NCBI GenBank assembly: GCA_036794825.1
Contig: DAIRGA010000009.1
Coordinates: forward strand, 1,697-65,696
Direction: 5' to 3'
Origin: Bacteroidales bacterium
Lineage (GTDB): Bacteria > Bacteroidota > Bacteroidia > Bacteroidales > 4484-276
Length of the DNA stretch: 64,000 bases
The translations under genes and the position numbers were made by a program. The notes under the pieces were generated by a model, which was not told the origin of the DNA, ran no database searches, and saw nothing but the letters and a program-made list of their open reading frames with translations. Each line of letters starts with the position of its first letter. The stretch's first letter is position 1. This document shows, one piece after another, positions 53,281-61,634 of this stretch.

Positions 53281-53296
53281 AATCTAAATTTAGATT
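53281..53296. promoter_or_regulatory. Perfect 16-nt palindrome aatctaaatttagatt; candidate operator between the nuoE-like operon and nhaC
   Basis: The reverse complement of aatctaaa is tttagatt. It is centred ~86 nt upstream of the nuoE-like ATG (53202) and ~210 nt upstream of nhaC. Confidence 0.3.
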
Positions 53297-53498
53297 GAAA
53301 AATTAAAGATTTCGATTGCTGATGCGAACGGTTTCAACCCAGTTATCCAGGGTGGCTGAAATTATTACAAACCAGCATTTTATACAATAGTCACAATTGA
53401 TATTTTAAACAGATTGATCCAGAGGGTGCTATTCGTCATTTAAAAAAAATCCCTTTTCTTTACCCATCAATTGAGATTTACCAAATCAGACCTGCATT

Positions 53499-54962
53499 AT
53501 GGCCAGAATTAAACGTCCGCCAACATTGTTGGAATCCCTAACGCCTGTGGTTTTCCTTACAGCGCTGATTTCGATCAATGTCTTCATTTTTGGTGATGAT
53601 TCACTTTCAGGTTCCAATCAGATGGTATTGATACTGTCGGCTACCGTGGCAGCACTCGTTGCCATGCGTACCGGAACCACCTGGGAAGAGCTCAATCAGG
53701 GAATTGTGAAGAGCATTGGATCGGCAATGGCTGCCATACTCATATTACTTATGATTGGCTCTCTGGCCGGAACTTGGCTGCTGAGCGGAATTGTGCCTGC
53801 GATGATCTATTACGGTCTCCAGATTTTAAATCCAGCCATTTTCCTTTTTGCCGCCTGCGTGGTGAGCGCCATTGTTTCACTGGCTACCGGCAGCAGCTGG
53901 TCAACGGTAGCTACATTAGGGGTGGCTTTGTTGGGAATCGGCAGGGCTCTCGGGCTTCCAGACGGCATTATTGGCGGAGCCATTATTTCTGGTGCATATT
54001 TCGGTGATAAAATGTCCCCTCTCTCCGATACCACCAACCTTGCACCCGCAATGGCCGGAACCGACCTGTTCACGCATATCCGGTACATGGTTTTAACAAC
54101 TGCACCTACATTGACTATTACGCTGGTGCTTTTTCTAATAATCGGTTTATTCCGTACTCAACCCGATGAACTCGCTGATGTTCAACCCATTTTGTCAGCA
54201 ATTGATGGCGCTTTCAAGATCACTCCGCTTCTCTTTATTGTGCCGGTTCTGGTTATTGCCATGATCGTGATGAAAGTTCCAGCTTTGCCCGCTTTACTCA
54301 CCGGAACGCTTACCGGTGGCTTATTTGCGCTGATTTTTCAACCTCAGATTATCGAACAGGTCAGCGGAATAGAGGGGAAATACCATGTGGCGGCTTACGT
54401 TGCAATAATGAAATCAATGTATTCCAACATCAGCGTAACAACCGACCACGAAATGGTAAACAGTTTGTTGCAAACCGGCGGGATGCGCGGTATGCTGAAT
54501 ACCGTATGGCTGATCATCTGCGCCATGATTTTCGGCGGAATAATGGAATCGGCCGGATTGCTGCACCGCATTACACAGTCGGTTATCAAACTGGCTTACA
54601 ACCAGGGATCTCTGATCGCAAGCACCGCCGGAACCTGTATCTTTTTTAATATTACCGCCAGCGACCAGTACCTCAGTATCGTAGTTCCCGGCAGAATGTT
54701 TGCTGATACTTACCGCGAGCGGGGGTTGGCGCCGCAAAATCTCTCCAGAACCCTCGAAGACAGCGGGACGGTTACTTCGGTGCTCGTTCCCTGGAACACT
54801 TGCGGCGCCACACAATCCACGGTACTCGGTATTCCCACATTAACCTTTTTGCCTTATTGCTTCTTCAACCTTATTAGCCCGCTGATGACTGTTTTCTTTG
54901 GTTTTATGAATATCAAAATTGCGAAGCTCAAGGAGCATGAATACACAAAGAAAGATCAGTAA
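53499..54962 (+). CDS. nhaC: Na+/H+ antiporter, NhaC family
   Basis: 487 aa polytopic membrane protein. The N-terminus KRPPTLLESLTPVVFLT and the overall length and hydrophobic pattern match the NhaC family as I remember it. Confidence 0.85.
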   Translation: MARIKRPPTLLESLTPVVFLTALISINVFIFGDDSLSGSNQMVLILSATVAALVAMRTGTTWEELNQGIVKSIGSAMAAILILLMIGSLAGTWLLSGIVPAMIYYGLQILNPAIFLFAACVVSAIVSLATGSSWSTVATLGVALLGIGRALGLPDGIIGGAIISGAYFGDKMSPLSDTTNLAPAMAGTDLFTHIRYMVLTTAPTLTITLVLFLIIGLFRTQPDELADVQPILSAIDGAFKITPLLFIVPVLVIAMIVMKVPALPALLTGTLTGGLFALIFQPQIIEQVSGIEGKYHVAAYVAIMKSMYSNISVTTDHEMVNSLLQTGGMRGMLNTVWLIICAMIFGGIMESAGLLHRITQSVIKLAYNQGSLIASTAGTCIFFNITASDQYLSIVVPGRMFADTYRERGLAPQNLSRTLEDSGTVTSVLVPWNTCGATQSTVLGIPTLTFLPYCFFNLISPLMTVFFGFMNIKIAKLKEHEYTKKDQ

Positions 54963-55758
54963 ACTGCTGCTTATTAGTTTCTTATTAATTCATTTCCAGA
55001 TACTTGCGCAACCAGGTGAACTGCCATTTCAAACCGGGGAAAAACTATATTACAAGGTGGTTTACAACTGGCAGTTTGTATGGGTTGAGGCCGGAAAAGC
55101 AGAATTCGTTGCAGATAGCACCTCTTATGGCGACAAACCGGCCTGGTGGTTTAAAAGTTCCGGGCAAACGCTTCCTGTCTTTGACTGGATTTTCAAGGTT
55201 AGAGATGAGTTTGAATCGATGGCAGATGCATTGACTTTCAAGCCATTCTGGTTTCGCAGGTCGGTGCACGAGGGCAGTTACAATCTGGACGAAAAATTGA
55301 ATTTTGATTATAAATCAGGTAAAATTTCCATTCAACAGCAAACGAACAAAGATCAAAGAATAAAATCGGAGGTTCCCTGCCAGGATGGGGTTCTGGATGT
55401 TCAAACTGCCGTTTATTATGCACGCACCCTGGATTTCAATAAGATGAATATTGGGGAAAAGATTGATTTCAAACTGGTTATCGGTAATCAGGTTTACGAT
55501 ATCTATGGCAGATATCACGGGTTGGAAGTAGTCGAAAACTTCGATGGAAACAATTACCGATGCCATAAATTTTCCGCATTGCTGGTCGAGGGAACGATTT
55601 TTAGCGGTGGCGAAGATCTTTTTGTTTGGGTAACCGACGACAGAAACAAAATCCCGATTTTGGTTGAGGCAAAAATCCTGGTCGGTTCAGTGAAGGCCTA
55701 TTTTACTAAAGGTGAGAACCTGAAGTTTCCTTTCGAGCCATTAAAGCAAATGAAATGA
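54937..55758 (+). CDS. DUF3108-like exported protein
   Basis: Signal is MNTQRKISKLLLISFLLIHFQILAQ, and GEKLYYKVVYNWQFVWVEAGKAEF resembles the DUF3108 start. I use the ATG at 54937 (the track start at 54919 is a TTG). It overlaps the nhaC end by 26 nt. Confidence 0.6.
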   Translation: MNTQRKISKLLLISFLLIHFQILAQPGELPFQTGEKLYYKVVYNWQFVWVEAGKAEFVADSTSYGDKPAWWFKSSGQTLPVFDWIFKVRDEFESMADALTFKPFWFRRSVHEGSYNLDEKLNFDYKSGKISIQQQTNKDQRIKSEVPCQDGVLDVQTAVYYARTLDFNKMNIGEKIDFKLVIGNQVYDIYGRYHGLEVVENFDGNNYRCHKFSALLVEGTIFSGGEDLFVWVTDDRNKIPILVEAKILVGSVKAYFTKGENLKFPFEPLKQMK

Positions 55759-55811
55759 TTTGATTTGGAATGATTTATCACATGAAAAATAGCTTCCCGG
55801 GCCACTATATT

Positions 55812-56555
55812 TTACACAGTTCCTCTTTGCCTTACCACCTCATAAATCATCAAGGCGGCAGCCACTGAAGCATTTAGTGATTCTGTTTTACCGGTTATTG
55901 GAATTTTTACGGCTTGATCGGCTTTTTTGAGAAATGCTGGTGAGATGCCATCTTCCTCAGAACCAACAATTAGCGCTGTGGGCAGGCTAAAATCCACCTG
56001 GGTGTATGATTTTGAAGCTTTTTCGGTGGCGGCGACCAACTGCACGCCACTCTCTTTCAAGCTATCAAGCGTGCGGCTGAGGTTCTGCACTTTGGAAATC
56101 GGGATAAAATTCAATGCCCCGGCTGAGGTCTTCATTGCATCAGCGTTGATCTGGGCTGAGTTTTGCGCCGGAATGATGATGCCATGAACACCGGCACATT
56201 CTGCTGTTCGGGCAATAGCCCCGAAATTTCTGACATCTGTTATTCGGTCAAGAACAATCAACAATGGTGACTCACCCTTCTCAAAAGCCATTTGAACAAT
56301 CTCATTGACAGGCTGATAAGAAACCAGTGAAGCAAACGCAATGACTCCCTGGTGGTTTTTACGTGTGATCCGGTTGAGTTTCTCCAGCGGAACCTTTTGA
56401 TACAGAATGTTTCCCAATTTCATGAGGCGGAACAACTCACCCGATAGGTCGCCTTTCAGGCCAATCTGCACGAAAACTTTATCAAATTCCTTCCCTGCTT
56501 TCAGTGACTCAATCATAGGACGGATGCCAAATATCAGGTTATCAGGCTCGTTCAT
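55812..56555 (-). CDS. rlmB: 23S rRNA (guanosine-2'-O)-methyltransferase, SpoU/TrmH family (RlmB-like)
   Basis: 247 aa with an N-terminal substrate-binding domain (FGIRPMIESLKAG) and SpoU motifs (DRITDVRNFGAIARTAECAGV, LIVGSEEDGIS, IPITGKTESLNASVAAA). Confidence 0.85.
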   Translation of the reverse strand: MNEPDNLIFGIRPMIESLKAGKEFDKVFVQIGLKGDLSGELFRLMKLGNILYQKVPLEKLNRITRKNHQGVIAFASLVSYQPVNEIVQMAFEKGESPLLIVLDRITDVRNFGAIARTAECAGVHGIIIPAQNSAQINADAMKTSAGALNFIPISKVQNLSRTLDSLKESGVQLVAATEKASKSYTQVDFSLPTALIVGSEEDGISPAFLKKADQAVKIPITGKTESLNASVAAALMIYEVVRQRGTV

Positions 56556-56718
56556 AGTGATATCTATAAAATGACTGTGTAAATTATCTTGACAATTAAC
56601 TGAATAAAGTGCTGATATTCAGTAGGTTTTGTTTCAATAAAATCAACTCTTTCTCAACGGATTGAATCAATTTCCCTCTCCTGTTTTTTCAACTACCTGG
56701 TTCAGAGATACTTGGTTA

Positions 56719-58506
56719 TTAATCCAGCTTGAGTACTGCGAGGAACGCCGATTGCGGCACTTCTACATTGCCTACCTGACGCATGCGTTTTTTACCTTTT
56801 TTCTGCTTCTCCAGAAGTTTACGTTTTCGGGTGATATCGCCGCCGTAGCACTTTGCTGTTACATCTTTCCGGAGGGCTTTCACAGTTTCGCGGGAGATAA
56901 TCTTAGCACCGATTGCAGCCTGAATGGCCACATCGTATTGCTGACGAGGGATGAGTTCCTTCAGCTTTTCGCACATTCGTCTGCCGAAATTGTAAGCGTT
57001 GTCCTGGTGGATCAGCGTTGAAAGAGCGTCCACCTTTTCGCCGTTAAGCAGGATGTCGAGCCGTACAAGTTTGGCCAGCTGATAGCCCGAAATGTGGTAA
57101 TCAAATGATGCATAACCGCGCGAAATGCTCTTCAGTTTGTCGTAAAAATCAAACACTATTTCTGCAAGAGGCATTTCGAAGGTGATTTCAACCCTTTCGC
57201 TGGTGAGGTAAACCTGGTTTTTTAATATACCGCGCTTGTCAATACAAAGTTTCATTACAGCGCCTACAAATTCCGACTTGGAAATGATCTGTGCGACGAT
57301 GTATGGCTCTTCAATAAAATCCAGATAGTTGGGGTCGGGGAGGCCTGAAGGGTTGTGCACTTCAATCATTTCGCCCTTGCGTGTGTATGCTTTGTACGAC
57401 ACGTTGGGAACGGTGGTAATTACATCCATGTCAAATTCGCGGTCGAGGCGCTCCTGGATGATTTCCATATGCAACAACCCCAGAAAGCCGCAGCGGAAGC
57501 CAAACCCCAGCGCTGCCGACGATTCCGGCTCGAAAGTGAGTGAGGCATCGTTGAGTTGCAGTTTTTCTATAGAGGCTCTAAGTTCCTCATAATCATCAGC
57601 ATCCACCGGGTAAATCCCGGCAAAAACCATTGGTTTCACATGCTCGAACCCGGCAATCGCTTTATCGCTTGGATTTTCAGTGTGCGTGATTGTGTCGCCG
57701 ACCTTTACTTCGGCTGAGACTTTTATCCCTGAAATAATATAACCCACATCGCCGGCACTCAACTCTTTACGCGGCATATAACCCAGTTTAAGTACGCCAA
57801 TTTCGTCAGCATCGTATTCCTTGCCGGTGGCCATAAATTTCACAAATTCGTGCTGTCGCAGCGTGCCGTTGAAAATCCTGAAGTAGGCAATGATTCCTCT
57901 GTAGGAATTGAATACCGAGTCGAAAATCAGCGCCTGAAGCGGGGCATCCGGGTCTCCTTTTGGTTCGGGAATGCGGTTCACGATAGCATCCAGAATTTTA
58001 TCTACACCATAACCCGTCTTTCCGCTGGCTTCAATGATATCATCACGGCGGCATCCTAATAGGTCAACAATCTGATCTTTAACATCTTCTGGCATTGCAT
58101 TTTCAAGATCAACTTTGTTGAGAATAGGTATAACCTCCAGGTTGTGATCGAGTGCAAGATAAAGGTTAGAAATGGTTTGAGCCTGAATTCCCTGGCTGGC
58201 GTCCACAATAAGCAACGCGCCTTCGCAGGCAGCTATCGAGCGGGAAACTTCGTAAGAAAAATCAACATGACCGGGTGTATCAATGAGGTTAAGGAGGAAG
58301 CTCTTTCCATTATGATTGTAAACCATCTGAATGGCGTGGCTTTTAATTGTGATGCCGCGTTCTCGCTCCAGATCCATGCTGTCGAGAACCTGGTCTTTTT
58401 TTTCACGGTCGGTGAGTGTATCGGTCATGTCGAGCAATCGGTCGGCCAGGGTGCTTTTACCGTGGTCAATATGGGCAATTATGCAGAAATTTCTGATGTT
58501 TTTCAT
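56719..58506 (-). CDS. lepA: Translation elongation factor 4
   Basis: The N-terminus [25 protein letters not shown] is nearly identical to canonical LepA, and the C-terminus carries the LepA-specific domain ([21 protein letters not shown]). The ATG at 58506 is preferred; the track start at 58524 is a TTG. Confidence 0.97.
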   Translation of the reverse strand: MKNIRNFCIIAHIDHGKSTLADRLLDMTDTLTDREKKDQVLDSMDLERERGITIKSHAIQMVYNHNGKSFLLNLIDTPGHVDFSYEVSRSIAACEGALLIVDASQGIQAQTISNLYLALDHNLEVIPILNKVDLENAMPEDVKDQIVDLLGCRRDDIIEASGKTGYGVDKILDAIVNRIPEPKGDPDAPLQALIFDSVFNSYRGIIAYFRIFNGTLRQHEFVKFMATGKEYDADEIGVLKLGYMPRKELSAGDVGYIISGIKVSAEVKVGDTITHTENPSDKAIAGFEHVKPMVFAGIYPVDADDYEELRASIEKLQLNDASLTFEPESSAALGFGFRCGFLGLLHMEIIQERLDREFDMDVITTVPNVSYKAYTRKGEMIEVHNPSGLPDPNYLDFIEEPYIVAQIISKSEFVGAVMKLCIDKRGILKNQVYLTSERVEITFEMPLAEIVFDFYDKLKSISRGYASFDYHISGYQLAKLVRLDILLNGEKVDALSTLIHQDNAYNFGRRMCEKLKELIPRQQYDVAIQAAIGAKIISRETVKALRKDVTAKCYGGDITRKRKLLEKQKKGKKRMRQVGNVEVPQSAFLAVLKLD

Positions 58507-58512
58507 GGGGTG

Positions 58513-58520
58513 CAAAATTA
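58513..58520 (-). promoter_or_regulatory. -7 promoter box (TAATTTTG on minus) only 7 nt upstream of the lepA ATG
   Basis: Plus strand reads caaaatta. This placement implies a leaderless or almost leaderless lepA mRNA if the box is functional. Confidence 0.4.
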
Positions 58521-58686
58521 GCAAAAAAGCAGTATCATCTCTGAAATCCTAAAACAGGGCAATTGAACCTCTGAAAGTTAATCATCAGGAGCCGGAAAGC
58601 TTATCCCTATTGAAATTCACTCTGGTTGTTTTTTAAAGATGACATTATTGGAAACAGTAGAAATGAAAAGTCTAACCCTCAATATG

Positions 58687-59682
58687 CTATACTTCTGAGG
58701 TTTTACCAACAGGTCGCCCGATTCTTGTTTCAAATGGTGCAAGGGGTTGATTCATCATGTAATGCCTGGCAGCGGGGATGAATTCGTTCAGTGTATTCAG
58801 CCTTGACAGGTGGGTGAAAATTTCAACGTCGCCGTCATACCACCGTGAAAAATAGGACCAGTAATCTTTGACTTTATTCAAAATTGTCCTTTCACGCTGA
58901 AACTTGTCCTTAATTTCGCAGTAGAGTTCATCCATAAAATTATACTGTCTTGTGCGGATAATCTCACCGCTGAGGTGGTCTGTGCCTTTCAGCAGGATTT
59001 CGGGCAGAAATGGATTTACCAGAACTCCGCGTCCAAGCATCCACCGGGAAATGGAGGGGTATCTGTTGCTGATCAATTCAAAATCAGCTTGTGTAACAAT
59101 ATCACCGCTGAACACTATCGGGTGCCTGATGCTGTTGATGGTTTGATCGAGGATACCGAGATGCAGCGAACCTTCATACATTTGTGTGCCAATGCGCGGG
59201 TGTATCATCAGGCTTTCGAGCGGATAATCGTTGTAAACCGTCACCAATTCATAAAATTCTCCAGGCGATTGGTAGCCAAGTCGCGTTTTGATGGAAAGAC
59301 TTACCGGAAGGTGCGGTATAATTTTATCGAGGATAGACCTGATCTTTTCCGGAAAAGGTAAAATCCCTGAACCTCTCTGTTTTCGGGCAACTGCTGGCTT
59401 TGGACAGCCCAGGTTCCAGTTCACGGTTTCGTACCCAAGGTCGGCCAATCGCTGCGAAAGACGGATAAATTTTCCTGGTTCATTCCCCAAAACCTGAGGT
59501 ATGACAGGCATTTTCAGGTTTTTATCCGGCATTACATCACGCAGATGTTTTGCCCGGAAAATCAGGCTCTCCGAAAGCGGAACAAACGGACTCACAGCGA
59601 TATCAATCCCTGTGAAAAATGAAGACCATGCCAACCTGTATTCAGCCTCCGTATAACCTTGCAATGGAGCAAGATAGATCAT
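58687..59682 (-). CDS. tRNA-dihydrouridine synthase family protein
   Basis: MIYLAPLQGYTE...VNWNLGCP...SIKTRLG are TIM-barrel Dus-family motifs. I use the ATG at 59682 (the track start at 59694 is a TTG). Confidence 0.8.
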   Translation of the reverse strand: MIYLAPLQGYTEAEYRLAWSSFFTGIDIAVSPFVPLSESLIFRAKHLRDVMPDKNLKMPVIPQVLGNEPGKFIRLSQRLADLGYETVNWNLGCPKPAVARKQRGSGILPFPEKIRSILDKIIPHLPVSLSIKTRLGYQSPGEFYELVTVYNDYPLESLMIHPRIGTQMYEGSLHLGILDQTINSIRHPIVFSGDIVTQADFELISNRYPSISRWMLGRGVLVNPFLPEILLKGTDHLSGEIIRTRQYNFMDELYCEIKDKFQRERTILNKVKDYWSYFSRWYDGDVEIFTHLSRLNTLNEFIPAARHYMMNQPLAPFETRIGRPVGKTSEV

Positions 59683-59726
59683 TGTCTGGCGCAATTGATT
59701 GATGGTTTGAAATGGTCAAACCGCCG

Positions 59727-59734
59727 CAAAAGTA
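59727..59734 (-). promoter_or_regulatory. -7 promoter box (TACTTTTG on minus) for the dus-family gene
   Basis: Plus strand reads caaaagta, 45 nt upstream of the ATG at 59682. Confidence 0.45.
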
Positions 59735-59776
59735 TTAAAATTGATTTATTGACCACCGATCGGATAAAGAGGAACT

Positions 59777-60580
59777 TTATTTTGCCAGTTGCAGAATTCT
59801 GAATGCACCCTTTATTACCAGCCCAAACACGATAATACCGATGATAAGATCAGGCCGATCTGATTGAGTGACTAGAACCAGAACTCCGGCCACAATAACC
59901 CCAATATTGGCCAAAACATCATTGGACGTAAAAATCCAGCTTGCCCTCATGTGGGCTTCTTCTCTTGATGTTTTCTGAAGCAGGATAAGACTCACGGTGT
60001 TGCCTGCGAGTGCAAAGGCAGATACCAGGATCATGGCGAGATAATCGGGCGGGGGAGCATGGCCGGTAAAGCGCCGTATCACTTCATATAACCCTATGAT
60101 CGCCAGCGCCATCTGAAAATATCCGCTAACAAGGGCAACCCTTTTCTTTTTGAGCACAGATCGGCCAACAACCATAAGGCTTAAACCGTAAACTACCGCA
60201 TCAGCCAGCATGTCAAGCGAATCGGCCACAAGCCCCATCGAACGGGATAGGAGGCCGGTAATCATCTCTACCAAGAAAAACCCAAAATTGATCAGCAGCA
60301 CTGCCCATAAAACTCTCTTTTGCTGATGATTGCTATCTTCCATAATCATTTCACATTCGGCTGAACCAACCCATTTTGCTCCCATTCCAAGTGAGTCAAG
60401 TGAAGCGGTTATCTCCGGAGTGCTGCCGGTATGAAAAACGTCTAAAGTCCTGTTGCTGAGGTCAAACCCGAGTTTTTTGATCTCGTATTTACCTTCCAGT
60501 TTCATCCTGATTATCCTCTCCTCAGATGGGCAATCCATGCCTGGAATTTTGTAGCTGGTTTTGATGAGGTTTTTTTCCAT
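59777..60580 (-). CDS. Cation diffusion facilitator family transporter with an N-terminal HMA-like domain
   Basis: YKIPGMDCPSEERIIRMKL is a degenerate heavy-metal-associated motif. It is followed by six TM segments with VADSLDMLADA (the CDF signature in TM2). Confidence 0.85.
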   Translation of the reverse strand: MEKNLIKTSYKIPGMDCPSEERIIRMKLEGKYEIKKLGFDLSNRTLDVFHTGSTPEITASLDSLGMGAKWVGSAECEMIMEDSNHQQKRVLWAVLLINFGFFLVEMITGLLSRSMGLVADSLDMLADAVVYGLSLMVVGRSVLKKKRVALVSGYFQMALAIIGLYEVIRRFTGHAPPPDYLAMILVSAFALAGNTVSLILLQKTSREEAHMRASWIFTSNDVLANIGVIVAGVLVLVTQSDRPDLIIGIIVFGLVIKGAFRILQLAK

Positions 60581-60642
60581 GTTGATCGCTTCTTCTCAAA
60601 TGCTGCAAAAATGGTAAAAGTTTTGTTTCTACCCGATTCATC

Positions 60643-60650
60643 TACCTTTG
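60643..60650 (+). promoter_or_regulatory. -7 promoter box (TACCTTTG) with an upstream TTG at 60623-60625
   Basis: Exact TAnnTTTG match 44 nt upstream of the EamA-family ATG (60694). A TTTTG lies 17 nt further upstream, where a -33 element would be. Confidence 0.5.
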
Positions 60651-60693
60651 CATCCATCGAAATTTCCTTCCACCGAATTATCTTCGAGGATTT

Positions 60694-61572
60694 ATGACTA
60701 CAGTTTATTTATTGTTAATCACCGTTTCGGGTTTGCTTCATGCTTTTTACAACTTCCTGATGCGCAGGCAGAAAGGCAGCCGTATCTTTCTCACAGGGAT
60801 GTTTATTGCCGGAGCAATATTTTCAGTGGTGGTTACATTTGTGGCAGGTGTTCCGATTGAAATACCATGGCAAGCTGTGCCCAACGTTTTCTTTGCAGCC
60901 CTTTTCTATACTCTTTACCAGGTCTTTATTTCCAAAGGTTTTGAAAAAGGCGACATTGCCCTGGTTTATCCTTTGGCGATGCTTAGTCCGCTGTTTATCC
61001 CGGTGCTGGCGATGATTTTTCTTAACGAAATAATCCCTTTTTATGTTTGGATAGGGATTTTCATAACGATTGGAGGGGTTTTCCTTATCCAAATTAGCTC
61101 CTTAACATTTCATGAGTTGAAGAAAATGATCCGGCTAAGCAAAGACTATCGTACAGCCCGGATAGCACTGTTGGCTTCGTTTATGTATGCATTTGGTTCG
61201 GTGCTGGATAAATCAAAAATTGGAGAATTTCATATATTGATCTACCTGAATCTGCTCTTGATCTTCATGGCTCTGCAGTTGATTTTATGGTCGGCACTCT
61301 TCGAGAGAAAAGCCATTGTGGGTTATTCCGGCAAAAACATCAGCCTGATTTTGGCAGCGGGCGCAGTGCTCATGCTTTCCTTTACTACTTTCCGGGTGGC
61401 TTTGCAACACGTATTTGTCAGCATTGCTGTTCCGTTGAGGCTTTCTTCGATCGTGTTTGCTGTAATGTTCGGGGTTTTTTTGCTGAAGGAAAAATTGAGC
61501 CGCAACCGTATCCTGGGTATTCTGATTTTGCTTGCAGGCCTGATATTGATACAGTTTTACAGAGGGAGATAA
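60694..61572 (+). CDS. EamA/DMT-superfamily transporter
   Basis: 292 aa with about ten TM segments arranged as two similar halves, typical of EamA-domain proteins. Confidence 0.8.
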   Translation: MTTVYLLLITVSGLLHAFYNFLMRRQKGSRIFLTGMFIAGAIFSVVVTFVAGVPIEIPWQAVPNVFFAALFYTLYQVFISKGFEKGDIALVYPLAMLSPLFIPVLAMIFLNEIIPFYVWIGIFITIGGVFLIQISSLTFHELKKMIRLSKDYRTARIALLASFMYAFGSVLDKSKIGEFHILIYLNLLLIFMALQLILWSALFERKAIVGYSGKNISLILAAGAVLMLSFTTFRVALQHVFVSIAVPLRLSSIVFAVMFGVFLLKEKLSRNRILGILILLAGLILIQFYRGR

Positions 61573-61634
61573 ACCAATCAGGATTCTGACCAGGTAGGAA
61601 ATTATCAATGAAAATGGAAGTATAAAATGTTGAT

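Noticed and set aside
56600-56622. Hairpin ctgaata-aagtgctga-tattcag between the lepA stop and the rlmB start, considered as a possible terminator.
   Set aside because: It is a 7-bp A/T-rich stem with a 9-nt loop and low predicted stability. On the minus strand (the lepA direction) it is not followed by a T tract.
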